A DNA stretch of 63,674 nt, filler included, from Perkinsus olseni (lineage: Eukaryota): assembly GCA_013115125.1 (NCBI GenBank). It is 25 parts of 25 records of this genome, joined end to end, with 100 filler letters (N's around TTAATTAATTAA, not from the genome) between each part and the next. Parts side by side here need not be neighbours in the genome. Positions count along the whole stretch, not along the records: positions 1 to 2,509 come from JABANN010001558.1; positions 2,610 to 5,115 come from JABANN010001559.1; positions 5,216 to 7,721 come from JABANN010001560.1; positions 7,822 to 10,318 come from JABANN010001561.1; positions 10,419 to 12,913 come from JABANN010001562.1; 20 more parts are not named here. One strand, written 5' to 3'. Below are positions 1 through 11,849 of this stretch, in pieces. The stretch's first letter is position 1; each line of letters starts with the position of its first letter. Position numbers and translations under genes: made by a program. The notes under the pieces were generated by a model. That model ran no database searches and was not told where the DNA came from. It was given only the letters and a program-made list of their open reading frames with translations.

Positions 1-1
1 A

Positions 2-2485
2 AATGACGTAGATCGCAGCTCTCATGACCTCTAGGGGGAACATACCACCGATGCACCAATCATCTACATAATAGGCCAGCAGGTTAAGCAGCTCCTCTGG
101 ACTCATATTCCAGTTGGGCTTCTCACCAGTTGGCATCCATTCTCCTTCCTCTGAGCCTTTGGTAGGGACAAAATGAGCAAGGTCAGGAAGAAGTTTACCA
201 TCATCTGAGTAAAGTGGATGTGTCTCCCAGTAAGCTATCATTCTATCAATGGCCAGCCATAGCCCATACGGACTATACACTGATCCAAAGGGCATACGCC
301 CAAATCTATAGGCTTTACCATGTAATATGGTACCGGCATATTCCCTATCACCACAGGCAAGGGAAACTTCGAGAAACGCGGACGATAAATCCAGCAGAAT
401 ATAATATTCACTACATCTAAAGTGAAAGATATTATAGTAGAGGCTCGACCGCGTCCCTCTCTTCCCAGAAGGCGTTGGCAATATAAAACTGTTGTCACTC
501 CTCGCATCGAGGACTAGCCTACATTTCGTAGAAACCGATACTCTGTCCCATACTGGAAACATCGGTATAAACCTCTTCGTAAGACACTCTGCATGACGAT
601 CTCCATCAAAGAGTTCGTCGTCGTTCTTAGGATAGCAGGTTTCCTTACTGACCTGAGCAGAAGGTAAAGTAGGCAGAACGTACTTGCGGTCAGTGAACAC
701 TTGAAATGCTCCAAGGCATTGCTTGATCTGCTCCTCGTCTAACCGCTCGAAGGTCCGCTTATCACGGACGTAACAGGTCTTGAAATTGGGCGGAGGACGC
801 TTATCTCGCCTCCTCCATGGTATCCCTACAGTGGGACGACCATCTATGGCGTCTTCATCAGGAATTAGTCGTAAGGGCACTACTGTCTTGATGTCGTCGT
901 TTTTGGAACTCCCATTCGGCTCAACCGTGTCAATGACACTACAGTGAATAGGTGAGTCTCGGCCCTCGTCGCGATTCTGAATAGCAACAGTACATCTGGG
1001 CTGACTGCCCGCCACTGCCTTAGAGTAATCATAAATAAGACGAGCAGTCTCACCCAGCACAACAGTAGTTTCTCCTTCAGGAGTCAATGTCCACGAGACT
1101 GTTAGCCCACCTAATAAAGAGTAGGGAATGATAATACCACGCATAGAACCACCCACCACGGGCATGATATATATGCGATCAATCTCCACTTTGTGAGCAT
1201 CATTTAGCCAGACATTAACTCCGCTGACGTAGCCGACCGGTCGAGTCTTCGCTCCATTCGCAAGTGTAACCGTAATGGACCTCGGCAGCGTCCGTATATA
1301 GTCGCCGCCATGAGACTCTATATCTTTCGCTAGAGCTTCCCCTGCAAAGCAGGCATCAGCCCCGGAATCAATAAGAGCTTGCTCCCATACCTCATTATAA
1401 GAGTGAGATCGTCTATCTGGGAACTCAAGTCGGACATCTATATACCTTAGACCTTGAACAGCTGCCGCACTCAATAGACCAACATCAAGAGTATCACCTT
1501 CTTGCGGTATAGGCTTCGTCTCAACCACAGCCATGCCGGCGGATTTACCAGCAGCTGGCGCCACTTTCTCGGCGACCTTGCCATCAGGCGTTGCTCTCGC
1601 TGCATCATAAAGATTCCTACCATTTTTAGCATTCTGGTAGATCTTGTTTCTCTCCTCCTTAGGGAGTGGATCCGCAAAGTTGGCTGGGCAAGCTCTGGCT
1701 AGATGGCCTATCTTACGACATCTAACACATATCAGCTGAGAGCTGTCACGAGCCTTACACCTCATCTTCTCCTCAGCGGTCGGGTGATACAATCCACACT
1801 TATCACATCTTTCTCCACTATCTAGCCCTGGGGCTACAGTAAGAGGACATGAATAAGTAGGATGGTCCTGTGAACGACAACGTTGGCACCGAAATTTCAT
1901 CAATTCCGATCGAGCATAAGGGGAATCAGATGAAGTTCCGGTACTACCGGTGGTCGAAATAGTATTAACCTGGTTATTCACAGCGGTCGTACCATAGCTG
2001 GTTGAAGTAGATGGTGTCTTAGAAGCCAGATATCTGCATATGGAACGAGCCTTATGCTTCAGAGTATTGAAAGATATCACTTCCAGCTCTTCCGGCTCAT
2101 AGTCTCGCTCTATCCTTCTAGTCACAGCAGGATCTAAACCATGCAGAAAATATCCAACTATCTCCTTGCGATAAGCCTTCTCACTTAGATCATCGTCATC
2201 GAGAAGCTGCTCAGCCAAGTTGATGAATTCATCACAGAAATCCTCATATCTGGAGATAATATTGCTATAATCACCAGAAGCCATTCGGATGACCATGAGG
2301 CGCCGTCTCACTTGGAAATAATCTCCAGACGACGAATACTCATCATATAAGACCTTCCACATCTCCTTGAGCAGGCCGCTAAATGTCTGAGAAGCATGAT
2401 AATGTTTCATATGCTTATCCACCAGACGAGAAGGTTTACCATCTAGGCACACTCGCAGCAAAGCCGCTAGACGTGCGATCTCGAG
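2..2485 (-). mobile_element. BEL/Pao-like LTR retrotransposon gag-protease-RT, one uninterrupted frame (partial; absent from the ORF track because it runs off the window)
   Basis: Manual translation: three Zn knuckles (CQRCRSQDHPTYSC, CDKCGLYH..C, CVRCRKIGHLARAC, about 1688-1890), protease ALIDSGAD (about 1360-1380), GIPW..PPNF, FIPMFPV...STKCRLVLDAR, FHFR..LLDLSSAF, YRFGRMPFG (284-310), YVDD (59-70). Confidence 0.85.
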
Positions 2486-2509
2486 TTAGGCACTCATTGT
2501 GTTGCGATG

Positions 2510-2609
2510 NNNNNNNNNNNNNNNNNNNNNNNNNNNNNNNNNNNNNNNNNNNNTTAATTAATTAANNNNNNNNNNNNNNNNNNNNNNNNNNNNNNNNNNN
2601 NNNNNNNNN
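2510..2609. other. Artificial contig linker (N44-TTAATTAATTAA-N44); recurs about every 2.5 kb, 24 copies
   Basis: Identical 100-nt spacer with six-frame stops; contig lengths decrease monotonically from about 2506 to 2403 bp. Adjacency across linkers has no biological meaning. Confidence 0.99.
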
Positions 2610-3732
2610 TCACCTTTTGCTCGGCACTGAGAAGTTCATGCGGTCTAGCTCGTGAGGCTCGCTTACTTACAGGTGCGCCTCAAGTGAAGGAGGACAGTGT
2701 CCGAGCAGTGCGAGATATAGGAGAACGCCCTTAACGTCGCCCCAAATTCTCTGAGAAGTTTCCCTTCGTCATCTACGTAAGCGGTCCCCTCGTGGACGAT
2801 CGCGACAAATTCCCCAAATATATTGCTACGGTCAAGCCTAGTGACTCGTTGCGGGCCAAGAACAAGCGAGGAAAGCCGTATGCTCTACTGGGATTCTTGA
2901 CGGAGGTGCTTCGGCACTTGCAGATCTTCAAGCTGATCGTGGTTCGGGTCTCACCGTTCGCCAATTTCTGACCGATCCGCCAAAAAACGGACCGGGGCCC
3001 CGTCAGTAGGCTATGGCGGGGCCACTAAGTCGGCTTATGCCGGTCGATCTTTTGCATTTTCTCCATGCGTGAGGGGTTTTGCCTCTTTACCCTTACGTGG
3101 AGCTGTACAACTTGCTGTACCATCTATAGATCGTCCTTCAATCGATTCCGCATCACAACATGAGTCGTCATTCTTGTCAACTCCTTCCGCGTCTTTCCAA
3201 AGTGCACATGAATCCACGTCGTCTGTAGATAGACCTAGTTCCAGCCGTAGCCAATCAACCACGGGTCTTTGCTCTACGGAGGACTCTCTCCATTGGGTGC
3301 CTCATCAAAGCGCCGTCCCTTCGGAACTAACTTTAAGGATCCGCACTGAGGGGATTTGTATCGATAAGGCACTAGTTGACAGTGGGGCCGGATTCAGTTA
3401 TCTTATTTGTAGGAATCCGGATACACTAGCAAGCCTCGGTGTATCTGAAGAAGTTCAACAATCAGTCCGTCTAGCAGATGGCACTCTATATCAGATACAA
3501 GCTTCCGTTACAGGTTTATGATGAGGATGCTCGGCTATTCATCGACACGGTTGTGCCTCTCCGTCTGCTCGTCGCTCCAGCAGCGCAGCCTCAGGTTCAT
3601 ATAGGTCGTGACCTTATCCAGCGATGGGGGTTATGCATTAAAGGCGCCACCCAAATCCTGAGTAGGTGCGGTAAAGTCCTCTATCAACAACCCCATCACG
3701 ATGATAGTAGCCAGTCAGTGGTCCCAGCCTAA
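2610..3732 (+). mobile_element. Degenerate retroelement gag/aspartic protease fragment
   Basis: ALVDSGAG protease motif, VRLADG flap, HIGRDLI; frameshift near 3515 and in-frame stops. Confidence 0.7.
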
Positions 3733-3769
3733 GTCAGGGTTATACCGTGCATGAATGACACGACTGTAG

Positions 3770-4760
3770 CTGATTGAAGAAAATTTTGGAAAGGGTTGAG
3801 AAAATGAAATCAAGATTGGATGTTAAAGGTGATGGTGGTTTTGTTCCCAATTATAGTGAAAAATTACACGAAACGAGTTTACCAAGATTCAAAGAAATGC
3901 CGGAAGCGAGTATGAATAATTGAATAATAGATTGAGGTAGCGAAGGATGTTGATGTTAAAGATGTTGATGCTTCTTTGAGTTGGTTCGCTTCGGCTAGTA
4001 TCGCTCCTCAGATGGAGTCTGATATACCTGCTTCCCGTACTCTTGCTATCATCACGAATGTTTATCCTGTGCAGACTTAGGATCCGATGTGCCGGTTGTG
4101 TGGCAAGGAGAAGGAGACTTTGTACCATATAGCATCGTCATGTTCTATTTGGGCCGGTGCTGAGTATTTGGATCGTGGATCGTCATAATCGTGTGTGCAG
4201 ATTGGTGTATAAGGTGTGTTGTGATTTGTTAAATGTTGGAATTGAAAACCATTGGCGGACGTGTAGGCCGACTTGTACTGAGTGTGATAGTCTATTCTGG
4301 GACCAAATGATCGACATTCCTCATAAGGTTGAGCATTATAATCCTGATATTATTAGTGTACTCAATGAAAGGAAAGTTGTTACTGTTGGTGAGATAGCAG
4401 TGTGTGCTGACCTCTCTGTGTTGCGCAACGAACAGGAGAAAAGGCCGAATAGCAGTGTTGTATCCGGGGTTTTCAACTGGGACAGTGCCAATTGTGATTG
4501 GCGTGACTGGTGCAATTCCGAAATCCCTCTCCAGGGTGCTTGAGAATGCGCTTCTTGCGCAGATGGATATCAAGACATGTCAGCGTGTTGCTATGTGAGT
4601 ACTATGGATATCGTTAGACGTTTTTTTGGTGGCTCTTTGGTGGGTACATAGAGGAATGTATTGATCTCATTGTTTGCCTTGTGCCGCAACTCCTTATATC
4701 CTCCTTGTAAGTCCAACCGCATATCTTGGTTGGACAGTCCAACTTGGACTTAAACCAGTT
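3770..4760 (+). mobile_element. 3' fragment of an RLE-type non-LTR retrotransposon (R4/NeSL-like), frameshifted
   Basis: CRLCGKEKETLYHIASSC (CCHC, about 4088-4143), RHN, LFWD...NPDII...EIAV..EQEK, VPIVIGVTGAIPKSL; abrupt compositional change at about 3760. Confidence 0.8.
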
Positions 4761-4911
4761 TAGAATGATGATTTGGGAGTTGTTGGGATCTCTTCCGAAG
4801 GACTTTCGTACCGGTTAATACGTGCGTGCAACACACGATATTATAAAACCTATATTTCTCAAAACTTTCCAGATGAATCAGACGCTTTATTTACACTCGT
4901 ATTTTTCACTC

Positions 4912-5045
4912 GTATCTATCGTTGTATTGTTACGGTATTTACTGTATCGTCTGTGCCGCCTATTGTTCCAGCTTCGGTGGTGCTAGTTAGGGTCAGGTGT
5001 TATGTAAGCTAACAAGCTCGTTTGCTCAAGTTAGACTTGAGCCCA
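4912..5045 (+). repeat. Putative LTR/leader repeat homologous to 50900-51085 (minus strand)
   Basis: Shared blocks TGTTACGGTATTTAC, GTCTGTG..CTATTGT, TGTAAGC.AACAAG.TCGTTT, GACTTGAGCCCA; the other copy precedes a gag-like ORF. Confidence 0.6.
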
Positions 5046-5403
5046 TGTAGTCGTCTCTCCTCAGTTCTAACTTCGGAACTCGACATAGGGAGTCGGGAGG
5101 CCAAGTAAAGAGGGGNNNNNNNNNNNNNNNNNNNNNNNNNNNNNNNNNNNNNNNNNNNNTTAATTAATTAANNNNNNNNNNNNNNNNNNNNNNNNNNNNN
5201 NNNNNNNNNNNNNNNATTGGCTTTAATTCTGCACCGCACACCCCGACTGGATTTACGTATCATCTTTATCTCCGTGAATAACAGTCATCATATTATAATA
5301 TAGATTACTACTGAGTATCGACTGAAAGATGGGTATAATGCTCTTAGCACTACTTGTTAGTCATAGTGGAGATAATGAAAGTTTACTTAAGCACTACTTC
5401 AAG

Positions 5404-6872
5404 TTCACTGCTGCACTCAGAAAAATACCATCACTGCTGGGCTCCTGGCCGTTGACTACTTCGCATGGTCAAGGCAATCTAATCGAGTGAGGGAGATGCT
5501 CTCGACAGTCGAGCGGTTGTTGGCTGATGAGAGCGGCCGTGGCTGCCCCGAGTACATCAGCAGTCTTCTGAAGGCCTACCAGTCGTGCATCATGGCGGGT
5601 GACTACGAGGTGACCAATGCTGTTAAACTTAGCAATCATGATGAACTGTTCTATTGATAGACCGCCTACGGACACTTCTATCGCTCCTGGGAGACAGGCC
5701 CCGATGCTGATGACCTTTTCCCACTGAAGAGGGCACAAGTGATAGAGCAAGAAGGGGCTTTTCCGGCTCACTGGGACCTGCCCCTTCGTCGTTGGTAGGT
5801 GATGGCGTTGAAGTGTGGCCGATCTGACCTCGTCTATGACGCCATCGCGGAGATATACAAGAATCGTGGTTCCTGCCTATCCACAATGTATGCTGATCCA
5901 CGATCATCCCACCACCATCCGAATCTCCTCTCAGCCCCTTCCTGTCCGCGATGGTCTCCTTCGGTTTGGAACAGATTGGCGACTATGAAGCAGCCGAGCG
6001 CGTGGCACGTGATGGTTATGCGTGCGAAGGAGCGACCGCTGATGACATCTGGCTCGACCACGCCGTGATCCACAGTTTATATTTCCAAGTAGGCTTCTCT
6101 CACTATCATCCGTTTACCAGCCTGCCGTTGTTCTCAGGGCCCCAAACGCCAGCAGGATGCTCTCGATTTTTTCCGAGATCATCATGAATCGTGGAATGCC
6201 CGCCAGGAGAGTCTCATACCATTCATCTACACCCACTGCTTTTGGCACTGGGCGCTCGTCCTCGCCGAAACTGGCCGCTTCGATGAAGCCCGTGAGTCTG
6301 TGCCGAAATTGCGCAACACAACAAGGACAGTTGTGAGTCAATAATCAAAGGTCTACTTAAAATTTGTAAATGATGGTGTGGTACTACTAGCGCCACGCTG
6401 AGGATACTCAGCTAATACACAATTCTCTGCACGCATACACAGAGGCGCTCTCGTGAGCTGCTTAGTAAAAAAGTTGGGTTCTCGGCACAAGTCGGCCCTC
6501 GTCGTTTAGCTTTACATTCCAAGTACTTCAGTCCGGATTTTCGATGATAACCTGTGGTGGGAAGGCAGGGAGACAACCACCGGAATGTTCACCTCGGCGA
6601 ATCTCCAAGATGACCACGTCATCGCCAACGCCCTAGGCCTCCTCTGGAAGCTACAGATCTCTGACGAGGTAGGCGAAGGCTACGATAACTCGATCTCCGT
6701 GCATTGGTACTGCCATTCAGTCGGCCGCCCTTGCCTTGAAAGGTCGATGGCGATCAGTGACAGCAGTTGCCGTAGCGGCTCCCTCGTGGCTGTCGCATGT
6801 TGATTCCCTCCTTGATGTCCTCCTCGTGAGAGGGCTGGTGGAAGCCGATAGACTTCAAGATGCCGAGACTTT
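5404..6872 (+). CDS. TTC38-like TPR protein, multi-exon, partial; boundaries approximate
   Basis: Exons encode SFGLEQIGDYEAAERVARDG..DIWLDHAVIH, HLHTHCFWHWAL..ETGRFDEA, ANALGLLWKL, separated by short introns. Confidence 0.7.
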
Positions 6873-9206
6873 GGTGGGTCTTCGTTCATCCCTCCTTGAC
6901 CGAATCACCGTTCTAATAATATCTTCTGCGAAACGGCGATCGATTTCAACTTGCCTTGTTTTTGGGTTTTTATTTTTTACCATCACTTGATGTGTTCCAT
7001 CACTTAACTCTATCACATGGATCAGATACGGTGAGAAATGCTATCTGCGTACGAAACTGGCACGTTCAGTTTTATGAATTCTTCGCTGTCACGTCAATAA
7101 TCTACTCAGGTGGGATCCATCAGGACGTCGCTATCACGGGAAATATACGATGTAGCCGAGGCCGTGCATCGATGCTGCTTGGGTGAGCGACTTCCCTCTA
7201 GATTACAGAGAAAACGCTCCTCGCATTTTCGTGGTCGCTACTGGATTCCGTCATATCTTCTGTACTAGTGGATTATTATCTTTGGAGTTTATCCTTAACT
7301 CCTACTGTAAAGACGGCTCATTCTCTTCAGTGTTTCATAATACGGCCGGAGCTGTACTATTAGTGAATATTGGAGAGTCTCACTCAATATTCATCCTGAT
7401 ACGATGTAGATATTGATCATCATAATGACTTACGTATAGTATCAACATCATAGTAGCGAACGAATTGTGTATAATGGCAAGGTCTAAGTTGATGACAACA
7501 ACAATCTTCCCATGAATTAGCCCACCCCACTCGGTGGGAGTTTGCTCGTGTCTTGTGTCAGATCCATCCCTCTCGTCCAGAAACCGTCTACTGGCACTGA
7601 AAGATACTTGGCACGTCGTCGGCGGAAGCGAAGAGCAGCGTCTTTGCATATTAGAGCTCGCCACTAACAAACCATGTGTGTGCGGTGTACCACAATGACT
7701 ATTCCGTTTTTTCATGAAGGTNNNNNNNNNNNNNNNNNNNNNNNNNNNNNNNNNNNNNNNNNNNNTTAATTAATTAANNNNNNNNNNNNNNNNNNNNNNN
7801 NNNNNNNNNNNNNNNNNNNNNGACCGTAAGAAGTCCAGAAGGCTTGATCCTCGCTCGTGCACTGCCCGGCGAGAGCAACACTGAGAGTAGCGGCGGTAGT
7901 AACAGCAGCAAACTTCATCGTATCGACGTCGTTCACAAATTATATACCGGATGATGGTACGTCTTGGCAAGACCTAGCCCAAGATTAGCTGCGGTCTACT
8001 TTGTGTCAGATTTTTGTGTGAAAGGGGACAAAGTGCAGGGGCATGTCTCTGTGCGTGCAGGCTGCTTCTCCAGGCTCCGGGAGTACCCTTTCATCGGTGA
8101 GAGAAGCAGCTGAGTTATGCTCAGCCCGTCCCCAAGACCCGTCAAGGGTACCCCGAGGATCTATCTAGCCTTTCCGTATTGGTTAACGTGTGCGTGAAAT
8201 GGCGAGCCTACCGCGAAGGCGCCGATGCATTTGTCCACGTCTCCGTAATGTGGTTCTGCTTCCGGCCATAACCACACCGGTGGGTTATTGGTGCTTGAAA
8301 AGGTATTGGCCGTAGAACGCATAGGCAGATGAAAGGAAAGAGGTTTCTACGTACATTCTCCAGCAGCCCATTGAACATCCCAACTTAGGATTCCCGTGCA
8401 CAGTCCCAGGGTTAATCGACCGACAGAACACTCGAAGGTTCTCTTGATCGATCACTATTTAAGTTATTGTTCATATCCGAGTTTGTGACAGCCGCGCCCT
8501 CGCTTGGCCCAAGCTCTACGCGGAGTAGATCGATGTCGATGAGCGACCTTACAGACACGTGAGAACACGTGCTTCGTTGGATGCAAGGCCGTGGGTTCAA
8601 CGAAGCGAATTCCTTTGGAACCCGAGTGATGCTGTAGTAACGGTGCTAAAAGTTCTAAGCAGCGATCCAACCAGCCTACACTCGCCTGCGCTCTCCGGCA
8701 TTTACAAGCACGAGCGACTCGGATTGAAGGAGAGGGAATCGTCAACAGCATCCGTATTCCCGGTGCCATCAAAAATCCCGACCCATGGACAAGGACGACC
8801 CTCTGTAACGTACTCCGACCTAGTAGGAACGCTTAAACGAGTTGGTTCAGTCACTCGAGATCCAAAAACTTCCGACGTTCGAGAAATCCGATCGATCGCT
8901 GCAGGGTACAATCATGTCTGACCTACTCCGTTGTGACCGCTACTGGGGCCAACTCGATCTGTAACTGCCTCGATTTCACAGAGTGTCATGGTGTTATCGT
9001 CTTGAAAAGTGTCCTACCACCTCGATGCAACCAGTCATTTTCCTTCCGCATTGACAGAACAAAATGATGAAGCAATACGGAAAACGAGTTCGCCTCGTAG
9101 CCAAGAAGGTCAGACTGAGCCAAACACTCGAAGGAGCTGGCAGAGGAACGAAAATTACAATCGTGGAAAATTAAGCAACTCCTCCACATACGACAAACTG
9201 GAAAAC

Positions 9207-10316
9207 TTAACAAGAGCAAGGCTTACCCGAGCCAAAACAAACAGACGGCTTCTCCCAATATTTGCAATAGGAGCCCGGTAATCCAGCTTCGCATTCAGCA
9301 TCACACCTGGCAATGGACTTAGTCGTGGTAGTGCTCACAGGCTTGCCGGAGCAGGAGCAAGGGATATTGCTCCCGAAACAAGTAGGCTCATCCATCCAGT
9401 ATTTGCAATACGAACCAGCATATGACTGAGCGCAAATGTTATCGGCTTGAGTACAGTCGCCCTTTTGCGTCGGCGTTGCCTTGGTTGATGCTAGCGTCGT
9501 ACTCGCTGGCTCGGTAGAGGCAGCCCTCGTGCGTGGTGCGACGGAGGTCGAGCTAGCATAATTTGTAGTGAGAGCAACAGTAGTGCTGGTAGCGCGAGTA
9601 GACTCCGTAGTGGAAGCAACAGTGGTGCTGGTAGTACTCGTAGTGCTGCTAGTACTGGTAGACTCCGTAGTGGGAGCAACAGTGGTGCTGCTGATACTGG
9701 TAGACTCCGTAGTGGGGGCAACAGTGGTGCTGCTGGTAGACTCAGTAGTGGAAGCAACAGTCGTGCTGGTAGACTCAGTAGTGGAAGCAACAGTCGTGCT
9801 GGTAGACTCAGTAGTGGGAGCAACAGTCGTGCTGGTAGACTCACTAGTGGGAGCAACAGTAGTGCTGGTAGACTCAGTAGTGGAAGCAACAATAGTGCTG
9901 GTAGTGCTGGTAGACTCAGTAGTGGGAGCAACAGTAGTTGTGGTAGTGGTAGTGGACTCAGTAGTGGGAGCAACAGTAGTTGTGGTAGTGGTGGTACTAG
10001 GAGCGGAGGTAGTAGTAGAAAGAGGATCCGTGCCTGTCGGATTTGGTGGCATCTCATTGGGTCCATAACCGGTGCACTTGTACAAATCGGGGTTACACTT
10101 GGTCATCGCAATGCAGCTCAAACACTTCTCAGTGGCCGGACCAGCGATGCAACTCATCATACAGACGTCACGTCCGCACTGAACCGACTGTCCGAAGCAG
10201 GTGGAGCAAGAGTCGGATAAGCCTGACTTTTCAATACAGGCAGTGGTAGCCTTGGCGTCACCGAACGACTCGAGACCGCAGTAAGCTATGAAGTTACTGT
10301 AGGCCTGACCATAAGA
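9207..10316 (-). CDS. Mucin-like Thr/Ser-rich surface or secreted protein with a Cys-rich N-domain and two C-terminal GSYCKYW Cys domains (5' partial)
   Basis: The frame is open from the contig edge; TTVA(P/S)TTESTS repeats at about 9590-10000; two CxxxC..GSYCKYW..P.CFGS..PCSC modules. Confidence 0.8.
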   Translation of the reverse strand, partial: SYGQAYSNFIAYCGLESFGDAKATTACIEKSGLSDSCSTCFGQSVQCGRDVCMMSCIAGPATEKCLSCIAMTKCNPDLYKCTGYGPNEMPPNPTGTDPLSTTTSAPSTTTTTTTVAPTTESTTTTTTTVAPTTESTSTTSTIVASTTESTSTTVAPTSESTSTTVAPTTESTSTTVASTTESTSTTVASTTESTSSTTVAPTTESTSISSTTVAPTTESTSTSSTTSTTSTTVASTTESTRATSTTVALTTNYASSTSVAPRTRAASTEPASTTLASTKATPTQKGDCTQADNICAQSYAGSYCKYWMDEPTCFGSNIPCSCSGKPVSTTTTKSIARCDAECEAGLPGSYCKYWEKPSVCFGSGKPCSC

Positions 10317-10492
10317 TGNNNNNNNNNNNNNNNNNNNNNNNNNNNNNNNNNNNNNNNNNNNNTTAATTAATTAANNNNNNNNNNNNNNNNNNNNNNNNNN
10401 NNNNNNNNNNNNNNNNNNAAATTTTTACACTGAGTGTATATATTTGTAACGCAGAACCACTAGAGGAGATGGGATACGCAATTGTACATCTT

Positions 10493-11461
10493 TCAAGCAA
10501 AATGGGCCCGAACATACGCACTTCGATCTTCCAAGCCCTCTATAGCTTCGACACCCACAGGCGGTTCCACCATGTCCAGTGCATCCTCAATCTCTTCTTC
10601 ATCCTCGTCATCCAAGGCTTCCGGCTCGCCCATTGCGTGTTGAAAGTTGTGCAAGCAGAAGCACGCTAGCACAGCCTTGGCGCTCTTCGCTGCCGGTTTG
10701 AGACGGAGATTGCCATTACATATAGCCCACGATCTTTTCAACGAGCGAAACCTCCTTTCAATCGCAGATCGCACGCTTTTATGAGCTACATTGAAAGAGG
10801 CTTCAGCGGAACCAGGATCTGGGTCGTTGAATGGAGTGAAGAGATGACGCGACAAGCCGTATCCCGAGTCGCCACATATCCAGTATCCCTCCGGAAGAGC
10901 CCTTACACGCCGAGATAATAAGCTGGCATTATATACGCGCGAATCATGAGCAGAACCGGGGTTTGATGTGTTGACCGAGATCCACTTCTCATTAGCACCG
11001 AGGACGGCTTGCACATTCAAAGAAATATGCCTCTTAGAGTCCACAAAGTCTGCACGCTCTGCTAGCGGCACTACGTCTTTCAAAAGCACGTGCGTACCAT
11101 CTATCAGACCAATACAACCCGGTAGCCGCGGATCCACTTCCTCTAGTCCTCTGCAAATCGCCTCGTCGCAGGGGAATCGAATAAAGAAATTCCGACGCAC
11201 AACGATAGCATCTACAACTTCAGCTACGCTTCGACTGACGTACTCCTGCGAACAGTTCAACATATCCCCACTGGCCAACTGGAAGCACCCATTTGCTAAG
11301 TAGCGCAATGCGACCAGCAACTTTGTCATAACATGATGATGTTTGCCATGATCTTTCAGGTCCAGGATACCCAACAGGGTTCGAAGCGAACCTTTAGAGA
11401 AGCGATAGCGGCGGCGCAAGTCGTCGTCTGATATATCATTGATGGGGTCCTCGAGAGGCAT
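10493..11461 (-). mobile_element. PIF/Harbinger DDE transposase (HARBI1-like)
   Basis: RYRFSK, LVALRYLANG, GLIDGTHV, SLNVQAV, PGSAHDSRV, GDSGY, TPF, FNVAH..R..IERRF..LK..W, CLHNF. Confidence 0.93.
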
Positions 11462-11849
11462 GGACGTAACTATATACTGAGTGAATGCGTGTACATATAC
11501 ATAATATATACAATAATATAATAGATAATATTATAGTATCATAACATTATTATGTGAATATAAGAATGATATCTGACTACACTATTCTACTGTAAGACTA
11601 ACACAGTTAGTCGCCAAAGACTAAACAGTATTATACTATCAGACTGTTACACTACCATACTGTTACGCGATATGCCCAAAGCCACCCATTGACTATAACT
11701 GTACAACGCAACCTCCTCATTTGGCTCAAACACTTTTCTGAGTTACCAATAACTAACTAGTAAAATGACACGGGCCCGGTCTCTCCAGCCTATCTCAGTC
11801 ATCACTTTAGAATCAACTAATAGTCTCAGAGACTATTCCGGAGAAGAGA

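Noticed and set aside
2554-2565. Regularly spaced TTAATTAATTAA repeats, superficially array-like
   Set aside because: Artificial linker inside N runs; ORFs ending in XXX..LIN are artefacts.
8559-8921. Possible tyrosine recombinase fragment
   Set aside because: No convincing R..HxxR..Y motif set.
9491-10068. Leu/Pro-rich and Val-rich overlapping ORFs
   Set aside because: Alternative-frame shadows of the Thr-rich repeat.
11717-11730. CATTTGGCTCAAA resembling the 3' end of the dinoflagellate/Perkinsus spliced leader
   Set aside because: Too short, lacks CCGTAGC and the terminal AG, and is antisense to the neighbouring genes.
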